Of a stretch of 64,000 nucleotides of DNA, positions 9,901 to 19,109 are shown one piece after another. The notes beneath the pieces were generated by a model that saw only the letters and a list, made by a program, of their open reading frames with translations, ran no database searches and had not been told where the DNA came from. The stretch is taken from IMG/VR virus record IMGVR_UViG_3300031746_000007, positions 20,669 to 84,668 of that record. The stretch is one strand, 5' to 3'. The DNA comes from a virus. Made by a program: the position numbers and the translations under genes. Numbering within the stretch: position 1 is the first letter of the stretch; each line of letters opens with the position of its first letter.

Positions 9901-9930
9901 CGTGCTCGATCACTCACCGTGCTCGATCAC
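9897..9930. repeat. 17-bp perfect tandem duplication over the capsid stop codon
   Basis: tcaccgtgctcgatcac at 9897-9913 and 9914-9930. Confidence 0.9.
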
Positions 9931-11322
9931 CTGGACCCGCTTGTAGCGGGCGCCGTCGCCGGTGGTCGCGTCGGTGCGGATCGGCCAGGCGCCGATGAAC
10001 TTCCACGACGTGCTCACGAGGTCTTGCAACCTATTGAGCGGCGCGCGGATGATCAGCTGGATCCGATCCGAGAACACCTCGATGCCGTTGTTCGTGATGC
10101 GCGGTTCGCCGATACGACCCGTCACGCCGGCCTCGGTGATGAGCCCGGAGAGATCCTGGTAGTATTCGTACATCGCGCCTTGGCCAACGAACAGCGGGCG
10201 GTGCACCTTCATGCCGGTCGACGGGTTGCCGTTGTTGAACAGCTCGCCGGCGAACGGATCGTCCTGCGTGAAGGTCGCGGTGAGCCCGCCTTCGACGGTC
10301 TCCGGCAACGGGCATTCGCTGTTGCGGAAGAAGACGCAGTTCAGCAACTCGCCGACCGCGAACTGCCGATACATGAAGTGATCGGGCAGCGCGGTGAGCA
10401 GTCGCTGGAACTCGTCGTCGCCGAAGATCTGCGCCTGCGACGTCGGGTCGAGGTGGCAATGGAAACGACCGTCCGGCATCTCCGGGACGTTCATCTGCCA
10501 GAACCGCGCGACCGCCGTGCGGATGGTCGCCAGATCGAGCTTGTCGCTCGAGCCGACGTCGTCGACCTTGAAGCCGCCGCCCACGCGCACCAGGCTGGTG
10601 CGATCGTCGGCGATGACGTAGGCGCGATCGGCGGTCGAGGTGAGCGCTCCGCTGAGCGTGAGCACACCCGGACCGACTTCGTCGCCCGCGGTGTCGGGCG
10701 AGAATCCGATGACGGTGTCCGCGAGAGCGGCGCCGTTATCGAACACCACGACCTTGAGCGGGTTGTTCGTCGACACGACGTCGAACCGAACGGGGCTGCC
10801 GGCGGGGAGATCCGGCCGACGAGCGCGGGTGAACCCGTTCAGCCGCTTGACGCGGAGACTGGTGCCCGACTGCGGACCGCCATCGGCGACGGTGTGGCCG
10901 GCGAGGGCAGCACCGTACAGTTGATTGCGCGGGATCCGGTTCATCGCCTGCGCGGCCGACATGCCGAGCTGGTGCGCGTTGCGCAAGAACAGGTTCGCGA
11001 TCGCCGAGATCGACGTCGGCATGTGGGTGTCGATGCTGTCGCTGTACTGGTTCAGCATCGCGGTCCACTGCTCTTCGGTGTAGCTCGAGGGCAGCGGATC
11101 GGTGCCGGGGACGAGCGGCTTCATCTTCGGCTTGATCAAGCCGACGCCGGTGAACACCATCGTGTCGCCGACGTTCGCCGGCCACAGCTGCGGCACGGCT
11201 TCGCCGCGGAACAAGAGCCGCGGGAACAGCGCGTCGTGAAAGGCGCGCTCGAGAAGGTTTTCCTGAACCAGTGCGCGGATCGCCGGGTCCTGAGTAATCG
11301 TACTAAAATCGGGCATCGCCAT
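9910..11322 (-). CDS. Major capsid protein
   Basis: 470 aa after the scaffold gene; GDTMVFT E-loop-like region, GAGGAG RBS, own promoter-like site. Confidence 0.85.
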   Translation of the reverse strand: MAMPDFSTITQDPAIRALVQENLLERAFHDALFPRLLFRGEAVPQLWPANVGDTMVFTGVGLIKPKMKPLVPGTDPLPSSYTEEQWTAMLNQYSDSIDTHMPTSISAIANLFLRNAHQLGMSAAQAMNRIPRNQLYGAALAGHTVADGGPQSGTSLRVKRLNGFTRARRPDLPAGSPVRFDVVSTNNPLKVVVFDNGAALADTVIGFSPDTAGDEVGPGVLTLSGALTSTADRAYVIADDRTSLVRVGGGFKVDDVGSSDKLDLATIRTAVARFWQMNVPEMPDGRFHCHLDPTSQAQIFGDDEFQRLLTALPDHFMYRQFAVGELLNCVFFRNSECPLPETVEGGLTATFTQDDPFAGELFNNGNPSTGMKVHRPLFVGQGAMYEYYQDLSGLITEAGVTGRIGEPRITNNGIEVFSDRIQLIIRAPLNRLQDLVSTSWKFIGAWPIRTDATTGDGARYKRVQVIEHGE

Positions 11323-11350
11323 CTCCTCTAAAAGTGAGAGTACACGTTCA

Positions 11351-11380
11351 CTACTACGACCAAAACCCTACAGTCGTCAA
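11351..11380 (-). promoter_or_regulatory. Promoter-like site upstream of the capsid gene
   Basis: TTGACG-N18-TAGTAG. Confidence 0.5.
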
Positions 11381-11411
11381 GCGTGCCCGCAACCTCTCGA
11401 GGAGACGACGA

Positions 11412-12263
11412 CTAGATATTGATACCCAGTCCCCGCTTCGCGAGCAGCGCCCTGAATTCCGTGGGCGACAACTTGGTAGCGTCCACCTTGCCATTCTGTG
11501 CGGCAGCTACTGCGGCCTCACCCGGCTTCGGAGCCGCGGGGGCTCCTGCGCCTGTGCCGGTCGTCGCCGGTTTCACAACCTCACCGAACAGGTAGGGGTG
11601 CGACGAACGCAGGTCGGCGAAGTATTTTCCGTGGTCGAACTTCGCCAGCTCGTCTTCGCTCTTGCTCTCGAGCGACCGAGTCAGGAGACGAATGGCATAG
11701 TCGGGATCCTTGATCCCGGCGATGACCGCCGACTCCCGCAACTCCATCTCCGCCTCTTTGGCATCGAGCTGGCGTTGCAACTCCTTGCGCCCGTCCGTCT
11801 CCGTCTTCACGCGACGCCCGAGATCATCGATCTGCCGTTGCAGCTGCACGCGCTCGCGATCCCACTTGTCGGTTCCCGACTTCGGGGGATTCTCGGGCGC
11901 TTGAGCCGGCGGCTTCGCCTCGGGTGTCTGCGGCTGTGCAGGATTCTTGAACCCCGAAAGGGCTCGTTGCAGATCCTCCACCGTCGTGAATCCGGAGTCC
12001 TTGGCGAACGACGACAGCGCTTCTTTCCGACCCTTCTCGCGAGCTTCGTCCTTCAATCGCTTGTAGGCCGACTGCGAGAGAACCTGAATGCGCCCGTCCT
12101 TGCCCGGGACCATCCCTTGCGGCAACGACTCCGCCGCCGGTTGAGCCGGAACTGGCGAAGGTGTGGCGACCGGCGCGGCTGGCGCCGTCACGATCTCCGG
12201 CACTGTCTGGGGTGCCGGTACCACTGTTGCTTGCGGGGGTGCTACTACCTGTGCGTCTGGCAT
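11412..12263 (-). CDS. Capsid scaffolding protein
   Basis: Pro/Ala-rich N-terminus, coiled coil, HPYLF motif, directly upstream of the capsid gene. Confidence 0.8.
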   Translation of the reverse strand: MPDAQVVAPPQATVVPAPQTVPEIVTAPAAPVATPSPVPAQPAAESLPQGMVPGKDGRIQVLSQSAYKRLKDEAREKGRKEALSSFAKDSGFTTVEDLQRALSGFKNPAQPQTPEAKPPAQAPENPPKSGTDKWDRERVQLQRQIDDLGRRVKTETDGRKELQRQLDAKEAEMELRESAVIAGIKDPDYAIRLLTRSLESKSEDELAKFDHGKYFADLRSSHPYLFGEVVKPATTGTGAGAPAAPKPGEAAVAAAQNGKVDATKLSPTEFRALLAKRGLGINI

Positions 12264-12433
12264 ATCGCTTCCTCTTGCCCGTGGGATACTCCGCTTGGTC
12301 GAACCGGCAAGTTACCGCCGCCGTCGCGTAGACGGCGAAGTTTCTGCCGGGCGCCAGTCGGCGAATCGCCAACGCTATGAAAGTCACGGCGGGGATGTCC
12401 CCGCCGCTACAGTTGCAGAACTACGACCTCGAG

Positions 12434-12859
12434 CTACGCTCGCGTGAACGCGCCGTTCATGTCGACGGCCGGACGCGGGATGTACTCGATCACGAACGCG
12501 GTGACGTCGGCAGTCGCGAAGGTCAGCGTCTTGCCGTCGTCGCTCAACTTGGCGATACCCATCGCCGCACTGGTCGCCGGAGAGACGACGGTGCCGGCGG
12601 CATCGGTGATCCCGTAGGAGCCGACCGCGGTGCCCGTGGTCGCGGCAGTGACGCGAAGCGCTACGACCGCGAGGATCGCCGGGTTGCGACCGTGAGCCGC
12701 GTCGGTGATGTCGTGCGTGGCACCGGTCAAACCGGTCAACGTGACCTTCTTCGGCGTCAACATGGTGCCGAGATCCATCTGCGCGAGCACGTCGGCGATC
12801 TTGCCCAGGCTGGCTTCGTCGAGAGCGCTCTTGAGAGTTTCCTTGAATGTCGTGGTCAT
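12434..12859 (-). CDS. Probable head decoration / virion protein
   Basis: 141 aa Ala/Thr-rich beta protein in the head module. Confidence 0.55.
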   Translation of the reverse strand: MTTTFKETLKSALDEASLGKIADVLAQMDLGTMLTPKKVTLTGLTGATHDITDAAHGRNPAILAVVALRVTAATTGTAVGSYGITDAAGTVVSPATSAAMGIAKLSDDGKTLTFATADVTAFVIEYIPRPAVDMNGAFTRA

Positions 12860-12901
12860 CTCTTCTTCTCCTTCCGATCTCTCGGAAAAATTACAATCCT
12901 G

Positions 12902-12931
12902 TGACTACCGCAGGCAGAACGGCGTTGTCAA
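12902..12931 (-). promoter_or_regulatory. Promoter-like site
   Basis: TTGACA-N18-TAGTCA. Confidence 0.4.
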
Positions 12932-12932
12932 A

Positions 12933-13313
12933 TCACGCGCGCTCGCCGAGGTAGATGCGTACCTGAGTCGGGGTCGCCGGCACGCGCGTCAGATCGATCG
13001 CGGTGATCGGCACGCTCTGCGACAGAAGGATGAAGGTCGAGTCGACCGGCACGGACTGTTGCGTCCCGTCCGCGCTCGTGATCCGAACCTTCACCTTGCC
13101 GCCGATCGTCTTCACGATGACCACGTTCGCATTCGTGACGCCACCGAACTGCACCGGCACCGGCGTGTCGACGGTGAGATCAACGTCATACTCCGTCTTC
13201 TTGGTGACGACCATCGACTCGTCCATAGGCGCGTCGACGTTCGGCGCGAGCGACGGCACCCCATCGAGCGGGGTGTTCGTGTAGCCGCCGGTCAGTGCGA
13301 ACTGGTAGGCCAC
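12933..13313 (-). CDS. Hypothetical virion protein
   Basis: 126 aa beta-rich ORF in the head module. Confidence 0.6.
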   Translation of the reverse strand: MAYQFALTGGYTNTPLDGVPSLAPNVDAPMDESMVVTKKTEYDVDLTVDTPVPVQFGGVTNANVVIVKTIGGKVKVRITSADGTQQSVPVDSTFILLSQSVPITAIDLTRVPATPTQVRIYLGERA

Positions 13314-13316
13314 GAG

Positions 13317-13529
13317 CTACCGCCCGCCGCTCGACATCGGGCCGAGGGTGAAGGGGCTCGGGTCCGGAGCCTTCGGCATCTGCGCGGTCGGGAGACGATC
13401 ATCGGTCGGCACCGAGACGATGTTGTCCTTGTAGGTCCCGACCTCCGAGTCGTAGCGCTCGGTGAAGTCCTTGAACTGCTTGTCCTGGCCGACGTTGCTG
13501 GTCTCTTCGGCGTTGGGCTTGTCCGGCAT
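13317..13529 (-). CDS. Small head-module protein (paralog of 13541-13726)
   Basis: AGGAG RBS; NVGQDK..KDF...YD.E.G.YK motif. Confidence 0.7.
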   Translation of the reverse strand: MPDKPNAEETSNVGQDKQFKDFTERYDSEVGTYKDNIVSVPTDDRLPTAQMPKAPDPSPFTLGPMSSGGR

Positions 13530-13540
13530 GGTGCTCTCCT

Positions 13541-13726
13541 CTACTTCTTCAGGTTGATCGGGCTCGGGGTGTTCGGGAGCGTCGCGGTCGACTGCGTCGG
13601 CTTGCCGCCTTCGGCGCTCTTGTACTTACCGTACTCGGCATCGTACCCGTCGACGAAGTCCTTGACCGGCTTGTCCTGCCCGACGTTGGCCGCCGCGCAC
13701 GCGTTCTTGGATCCGCTCTCTGCCAT
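13541..13726 (-). CDS. Small head-module protein (paralog of 13317-13529)
   Basis: AGGAG RBS; same NVGQDK motif. Confidence 0.7.
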   Translation of the reverse strand: MAESGSKNACAAANVGQDKPVKDFVDGYDAEYGKYKSAEGGKPTQSTATLPNTPSPINLKK

Positions 13727-13735
13727 GATGCTCTC

Positions 13736-13963
13736 CTACTTCTTGCCGCCGAGGGTGAAGGGGGTCGGCGTGTCGATCGCCGAGGCACCGCCGCCGACTT
13801 GCGGCGGCTTCTCCGCGTAGTGCTGCGTCGGCAGACCGGGCGCGATCGGATGCCCCGCCTGCGGATCGTAGTTCGGCCCGTCTTCGAAAGACTCGGGACG
13901 AGCGAACCGCAGCGCGAGCTTGCGCAAGCCACGAAACACTCCGGGGGGTCCTTGATACGGCAT
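13736..13963 (-). CDS. Small head-module protein
   Basis: AAGGAG RBS; C-terminal PTPFTLG shared with neighbours. Confidence 0.65.
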   Translation of the reverse strand: MPYQGPPGVFRGLRKLALRFARPESFEDGPNYDPQAGHPIAPGLPTQHYAEKPPQVGGGASAIDTPTPFTLGGKK

Positions 13964-13980
13964 GCTGTTCTCCTTCTGCT

Positions 13981-14009
13981 CTACTACACGACGCTTCTCT
14001 GAACGTCAA
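13981..14009 (-). promoter_or_regulatory. Promoter-like site
   Basis: TTGACG-N17-TAGTAG. Confidence 0.5.
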
Positions 14010-14466
14010 CGATCGTCTCACCAAGCGCGGTCTGACATCTCTGAAGATATCGCGCGCCTGCCTCCAAAATCGACGGGGCGTCGTTCGCCATCGCCACCAT
14101 CGTATTGCACTTGGCGCACAGCAACCCTCTAACCCTACTGCTCCGATGATCGTGATCCACGACTGGGCGTGTGGTTACCAGCGGCTTTTCACAACACGCG
14201 CAACACCCGCGCTGCTCCGACCACATTTTCTGAAAGCGGTCGAGCGTCAAACCGTATCGTCTCCGCAACGCACACGCGCGCTGCTTCTCCCGGCGAATCG
14301 GATCCGAATCTCGAGCCCGGACCTTCTCCTTGTTCGCCGCACGCCACGCCCTTGTTCTATCACTCAGCTCTTTCCTATGCGCGTGCCGATACGCGCGAGC
14401 CTCTTCTTTGTGAGCGTCGCGATACGCTTTTCGCTTTTCCAACCGCGTCTCGATCCGGTTACCCAT
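13984..14466 (-). CDS. Endonuclease VII-family (HNH-type) homing endonuclease
   Basis: RYGLT...Q.GCCACC...VDHDH....VRGLLC..CN. Confidence 0.9.
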   Translation of the reverse strand: MGNRIETRLEKRKAYRDAHKEEARAYRHAHRKELSDRTRAWRAANKEKVRARDSDPIRREKQRACALRRRYGLTLDRFQKMWSEQRGCCACCEKPLVTTRPVVDHDHRSSRVRGLLCAKCNTMVAMANDAPSILEAGARYLQRCQTALGETIVDVQRSVV

Positions 14467-15108
14467 CTACTTACGGCGTGGCTCACTCAAATGTACCGAC
14501 ATCGGCAGCCCTTGGTGAAAGCGTTGGTTGCTCATGTGCCCGATCGTTTCCGCACCGGGGTTGCTCTTGACGTAGACCTTAGCACCGGTCGCCGCGACGT
14601 AGTATCGCCCGCCTCGAGCGCCTTCTTGCACCGCCTTTGCCTCGGCAGTGTGCGCGTGGGTAGACAACTCCTGCGCCGAACGGCTCGCCTGAGATTTGAC
14701 GTCGTCGGTCTTGCCTTGGTTGTGTTTTGCCGCCGCTTCGAAATGCGACCACGCAGCGGTAGAGTGCCACGACGCCGCATCCGTGTGTCCGGCGGCGCGT
14801 AGCTGTTCGGCTTTTTCTCGATGATAGACGTGCGCTACCTCGTGATCGACCGGACCTTGTGCTTTCTCGGCGTTCTTGCCGTCCTGGCTCATCTTCGGCT
14901 CGCGGGCTTTCTTGAGCTGCTCCGCCATCTCGCGGCCTTGGGCCATGCGACCGCGGGCCCGCGCCTCTAGCCCTTCGATGCTGCCGAGCTTGCCTTCCTT
15001 GTCGCCCGGCTCCCACTTCTCGCCGTGTGACTCGGGTGTCTCTCCGCCAGCCTTCTCGGTCGAGACATACTTCCGCTGCCCGAACTTGTCTTCGTGCCAG
15101 TATCCCAC
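14467..15108 (-). CDS. Hypothetical protein with G.RGG.Y basic-adaptor-like motif
   Basis: VQEGARGGRYYVAATGAKVYV. Confidence 0.65.
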   Translation of the reverse strand: MGYWHEDKFGQRKYVSTEKAGGETPESHGEKWEPGDKEGKLGSIEGLEARARGRMAQGREMAEQLKKAREPKMSQDGKNAEKAQGPVDHEVAHVYHREKAEQLRAAGHTDAASWHSTAAWSHFEAAAKHNQGKTDDVKSQASRSAQELSTHAHTAEAKAVQEGARGGRYYVAATGAKVYVKSNPGAETIGHMSNQRFHQGLPMSVHLSEPRRK

Positions 15109-15111
15109 GAC

Positions 15112-15348
15112 CTATCCCTTCCCGGGCTTCAGCTCGAAAGGCAGACCGGGGTGCGACAGCGGCTTCGTCTCGAGCCCGGGGATCACGACCTCGCCGAGGT
15201 CGCCCTTGTCGGCGCGCTCGGGGTGCTCGGGCGGAAGCGCGAGCCACTTCGCGTTGCCGTGGTAGTCCGCTTCTCGGTGCATGACCCCGGGACGTTCCAC
15301 GATTGGAGTGTCGACCGGGATCCCGACGTTCGAATAGCTCTTTGGCAT
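15112..15348 (-). CDS. Small head-module protein
   Basis: 78 aa; ATG 6 nt after a -10 box; C-terminal LPFELK. Confidence 0.6.
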   Translation of the reverse strand: MPKSYSNVGIPVDTPIVERPGVMHREADYHGNAKWLALPPEHPERADKGDLGEVVIPGLETKPLSHPGLPFELKPGKG

Positions 15349-15354
15349 GACCCA

Positions 15355-15383
15355 AACCTACACGCGAGCGACGAGGTCGTCAA
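15355..15383 (-). promoter_or_regulatory. Promoter-like site (probably leaderless transcript)
   Basis: TTGACG-N17-TAGGTT-N6-ATG. Confidence 0.55.
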
Positions 15384-15387
15384 CCGC

Positions 15388-15906
15388 CTAGCGCTGCCAC
15401 GGTCCCTTGCCCCGCGTCTGCGCTGCGTCGTGGTGTTCGTTGTTGCCGACGTAGTGCTTCTCGCCGGACGCGGTCACGACGTACTGTCCACCGCGCACGC
15501 CGGTCTGCAAAGGCTGCGCCCCCTTCGCCGGCAGCTTGCCCTTCTGATACTTGCGGATGTCGCCCGGCGACGTGTAGCCGCCTTGATCCATCTGCTTCAT
15601 CCCGGGTCCGACGTCCCGATACTTTCCGGAGCGCACCGCAAGCTCACGCCCGATCGCTCGAGCCTCGTCGTGCGTCTGCTTCTTGAACGTCGCGAACGAC
15701 CCTTTGCCGCCAGACAGCCACGGTCGCGGTTGTTCGCCGGTTGCCCGCTCATACTCCAAACGCGCGATTGCGACTTTGTGCGGCGCCGTCGCTTCTTCAT
15801 ACCTCGCCTGGCTCATCGACCCCTTGTGCTCTTCTTCCATCATCCGCAAGAATGCACGACGCTGCGACAGATCGGTGTCGATCGACTCCGTAGATCTCTT
15901 GGTCAT
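15388..15906 (-). CDS. Hypothetical protein with G.RGG.Y basic-adaptor-like motif
   Basis: LQTGVRGGQYVVTASGEKHYV. Confidence 0.65.
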   Translation of the reverse strand: MTKRSTESIDTDLSQRRAFLRMMEEEHKGSMSQARYEEATAPHKVAIARLEYERATGEQPRPWLSGGKGSFATFKKQTHDEARAIGRELAVRSGKYRDVGPGMKQMDQGGYTSPGDIRKYQKGKLPAKGAQPLQTGVRGGQYVVTASGEKHYVGNNEHHDAAQTRGKGPWQR

Positions 15907-15909
15907 CGC

Positions 15910-16260
15910 CTACTCCTTCGCCTTCACGGTCCCGCCCATCTTCTTGAAGACGTGCGTGACGACCGCCCAATAGTCCCCGGCTTCCGCCTCGCCCTCGGGC
16001 CCGGCCGCCGCGAGCGCCTTCTCCCAGATCGGCTCCTCCGCCGGGTCGACCCACGACGGCGGGTTGCCGTCCGCCTCGGGGTCGTAGCCGTCGACGAGCG
16101 CCATGATCTCCTCGTCGCCGCCCCCGTCCTTGAGCTGTTGTCGGATCTCGTCGACGTCGATCGGCGGCAGCTTGATCTTACCCTTCACGAACGGCGGAGC
16201 GTTGGCCGCCTTCACGAACGTCGCGAGCTGCTTCGGCTTGATCTTGGCCATGACCGTCAT
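15910..16260 (-). CDS. Hypothetical protein (ChaB-like C-terminus possible)
   Basis: PSWV..E.IWEKA...YWAVVT.VFKKMGG. Confidence 0.6.
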   Translation of the reverse strand: MTVMAKIKPKQLATFVKAANAPPFVKGKIKLPPIDVDEIRQQLKDGGGDEEIMALVDGYDPEADGNPPSWVDPAEEPIWEKALAAAGPEGEAEAGDYWAVVTHVFKKMGGTVKAKE

Positions 16261-16668
16261 CTACTCCCCTCCCGACCGCTCTGACAAGGGTGGTCGGCGA
16301 AGGTTGCGCGCCTTCGTCTCATACTCGAGCCGGAGGTCAGGGTTCGCTCGCACGATGTCTGCGTCAGCCACGACGTGCGGATTCCAGAACCGCATCGCCC
16401 CGTCGCCCCCATGACCGAGCCGCACGTGACACTCGAGCGGCGACATGCAGAGCGAGACCATGTTCGACTCATCGAATTCCAGCTCGGGATAACGGTCGAC
16501 CGGCAGCACGTGATGCACCTGAACCCGATCGTCTCCACCGCACGCCGCACACCTCGAGTGCTCCTTGAGAAACCAGCGGGCCGCCTCCGCCCACTGTGCC
16601 GACCTGCGCCGGCGGAGCCACTCGTGCACACGCGACCTCGTCCACCGGTAGCGGTACCCCAGGCTCAT
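16261..16668 (-). CDS. HNH endonuclease
   Basis: CAACG...VQVHHVLP....ELEFD.SNMVSLC...CH. Confidence 0.85.
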   Translation of the reverse strand: MSLGYRYRWTRSRVHEWLRRRRSAQWAEAARWFLKEHSRCAACGGDDRVQVHHVLPVDRYPELEFDESNMVSLCMSPLECHVRLGHGGDGAMRFWNPHVVADADIVRANPDLRLEYETKARNLRRPPLSERSGGE

Positions 16669-17606
16669 CGGTCCACCCGCTCCCCGTCGACCCACTGCCA
16701 CGCCGGCACACCCCAGTGTGGGCGCCACGGTTGCAACGCCTCACGCCCATTCGGCCGGAGCACCGGCAGCCCCCGCCACCCGCGGAACCGCTCGAGCCGC
16801 TTCACCCTCTTCGGATCCCCTCCGACGACGTCGGCGAAATCGTCAGGCCACACGAACATCCCGCCGGCCGGCGCGACCTGCCCGTGCATCACGAGCGAGT
16901 CGTCGTCGACGCGATCGTCTAGCGGGTTGCCGGCGTCGTCGACGTGCTCGCACCAGCGAAGCATGAGGTCGGGCAACTCGTCTGCCGCCGCCTTCACACC
17001 ATCAGCCTGCGTCGCGGCGAACGCGGTCATCGTCTCGGTGCGTACCACGCGCTCCGCCTGCCACCATTGCTCATCCATGACGTCCATGACGCGCTCGGTA
17101 GCTTCCCCGAGTGTTTCGCCAGTCACGAGAGACATCGCGAGCGCCGACTCGGCGGCTTCGACGTTGCGCACCATCATCGCTGCCGCGTTCTGTTCGTTGC
17201 GCAACCGGAGCATTGACTCCCGCTTGCCGAGCACGCCTTCGAACCGCGACGCCTCCTCGATCGGGAGCACGACCTCGGCACCGGTGTAGCGCGCCTCGAG
17301 TTTTTTGATGTTGCCGATGAGCCCGCGCAACGCGTCCGTGCGCGCCGCCCGTCCGACCTCATGCACGTGCGACCTCATTTGCTTCGCGAGCTGCGCCTGC
17401 CCGGTCAAGATCTGTGCTTTGTAGAGCCGGAGCTGGTGCGCGGTGAACTTGTCGCTCGTCTTGCCAACGTGCGCGAGCTTTGCTTCGATCTCCTGCAACG
17501 CGCGCGTGTAGAAGTCGCGCACCTGTGCCACACCGCCGCGCTCTACCACACGAGCGAGCCGGCGGCGGCTCTCCTCGACCATGATCTCATACGGTGCGCG
17601 TGCCAC
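16665..17606 (-). CDS. MuF-like minor head (head morphogenesis) protein
   Basis: AERVVRTET..A, DDRV..DS..MHGQ, RPNGR motifs. Confidence 0.8.
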   Translation of the reverse strand: MARAPYEIMVEESRRRLARVVERGGVAQVRDFYTRALQEIEAKLAHVGKTSDKFTAHQLRLYKAQILTGQAQLAKQMRSHVHEVGRAARTDALRGLIGNIKKLEARYTGAEVVLPIEEASRFEGVLGKRESMLRLRNEQNAAAMMVRNVEAAESALAMSLVTGETLGEATERVMDVMDEQWWQAERVVRTETMTAFAATQADGVKAAADELPDLMLRWCEHVDDAGNPLDDRVDDDSLVMHGQVAPAGGMFVWPDDFADVVGGDPKRVKRLERFRGWRGLPVLRPNGREALQPWRPHWGVPAWQWVDGERVDR

Positions 17607-17609
17607 AGC

Positions 17610-18560
17610 CTAATCCGATCGCGTCCTACCGAGGTACTGCCGCGCGTAATCCTCGAGCGACGTCCCCGAATAGGTCGACTTCTTCTCCTTCTTCTCGGTG
17701 TACTCCCCGCGCTCCGCCTTCTTCGCAATCACCTCGAGCCCGCGCCCCGGACGGTCCTGAGCTTGCACGATGTCGCGCGCTCGAATTTTGATGCTCCCGC
17801 TCGTCAGAACTGTGACCTCTTGCTCGCCTTCGTTGCCCGGATCGAAGCCGCCTTTCAGGCGATGCGTCATCACGATCGATTCTCGTGGCACCGTGACCTT
17901 GAAATAGAACCCGTTCCCTTCGTCGCCTCCGGCCGACGACAGCGCGGCGAACGTCTGCGCTACTTCTGGCGACTCTGAGAACGACGACAGAACGCCGGCG
18001 TCGAGGGTGATCTCGGCGTCCGGATCCTCTTGAACAGCCTGATATGCTTCGTCGTACATATACGCGAGCGACGAGTTTCCGCGAATGCCTCGCCACAGTT
18101 CTATCTTGGGCTTGTCGTACAGAGACTGCGACACAGCGGCGACGGCTGCGATGTCCCGCCGAACACCGTCATCTGCGAGCCCTTTGTTGAACGCACGGCT
18201 AACCTGCCCGACGTACTTACCCACATCCTTCACGGCATACTCGATGTTGGCCGCCTTCTCGGCCGCGCGCGTGCTGCGTTCCAACTCCTTCTGAATCAAC
18301 GCACCGCGATCGCCGTGCACCGCTTTCGCGCACGCCGCCCGCATCGTCGCCGTCTCCGACGTCCCGGGGGACGCCCGCCAGCCATCCACCAAGCGCCACA
18401 ACCGGGTCGAGTCACCGCCGGCGCGCGCGATCGCCTTGTCCGTGTTGCCCTTCTTCACGAGCCCGCGCAGCTCCTCGGGCTTCACCCAGTAGCGTTGCTT
18501 GTGCGCCTTCCCGAGACGCTCGACCACCTTCTCGATCGCGATGAGCCCGGAGCCGGCCAT
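17610..18560 (-). CDS. ADP-ribosyltransferase (R-S-E class) with shared N-terminal leader
   Basis: LWRG / LSSFSES..VA..F / EQE catalytic pattern; GAGGAGG RBS before ATG 18560. Confidence 0.75.
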   Translation of the reverse strand: MAGSGLIAIEKVVERLGKAHKQRYWVKPEELRGLVKKGNTDKAIARAGGDSTRLWRLVDGWRASPGTSETATMRAACAKAVHGDRGALIQKELERSTRAAEKAANIEYAVKDVGKYVGQVSRAFNKGLADDGVRRDIAAVAAVSQSLYDKPKIELWRGIRGNSSLAYMYDEAYQAVQEDPDAEITLDAGVLSSFSESPEVAQTFAALSSAGGDEGNGFYFKVTVPRESIVMTHRLKGGFDPGNEGEQEVTVLTSGSIKIRARDIVQAQDRPGRGLEVIAKKAERGEYTEKKEKKSTYSGTSLEDYARQYLGRTRSD

Positions 18561-18562
18561 GT

Positions 18563-18742
18563 TTACTCCTCCTCGCGAATGTCGCGCGGGGGCCACGGAT
18601 CGTCGTCGAGGTCCGGTCCCGGCACCGGGCTCGGGGGTTCCCCGAACGGGGTCGGGAAGTCCGGACCGTCCATCGGCTCTTGCAGCTTCAGCTCGCGGCG
18701 AATGAGCGCGGCGAGCGCCTTCGCGTCAATCGGCTTTGTCAT
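18563..18742 (-). CDS. 59-aa Pro/Asp-rich protein (not in ORF track)
   Basis: MTKPIDAKALAALIRRELKLQEP...REEE; GAGGAG RBS; fills the gap exactly. Confidence 0.6.
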   Translation of the reverse strand: MTKPIDAKALAALIRRELKLQEPMDGPDFPTPFGEPPSPVPGPDLDDDPWPPRDIREEE

Positions 18743-19109
18743 TTTGCTCCTCGTGTGCGTCGTCGTGACACTCCTCGCAGACCGTCACGATGTTGCTCGG
18801 GTCGTTCGAATGCCCCTTGTTGCTGCGCAGCGCTCGACTCACGAGGTTCGGCGTCCCACCTTTGTGGTGCACGCTGAGCATCTTCTGACCGCCGCACTCC
18901 TTGCACTTCCACTCGTCCCGCCGGAACACACCGAGCACGAGCGACGGCGGGAGCCCGCCCTTACCACCGGTCGCGAGCGTGGCACCCTTCTCCTTCGCCT
19001 CTGCCTGCATCTTCGCGAGAGCCTTCTCCTCGTTCTGCGAGAGCTTGGGCTCCTCTTCTTTGGCGGGAGGTGTCCGGTTCTTCGCCAGCTTCACGACCGC
19101 TTCGCTCAT
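18726..19109 (-). CDS. HNH endonuclease (possibly packaging-associated)
   Basis: VFRRD.WKCKECG....LSVHH...SND.SNIVTVCEECH. Confidence 0.85.
   Translation of the reverse strand: MSEAVVKLAKNRTPPAKEEEPKLSQNEEKALAKMQAEAKEKGATLATGGKGGLPPSLVLGVFRRDEWKCKECGGQKMLSVHHKGGTPNLVSRALRSNKGHSNDPSNIVTVCEECHDDAHEEQNDKAD

Noticed and set aside
12264-12433. ncRNA upstream of the scaffold gene
   Set aside because: Only short GC hairpins (e.g. GGCGGGGA-TG-TCCCCGCC); insufficient to call.
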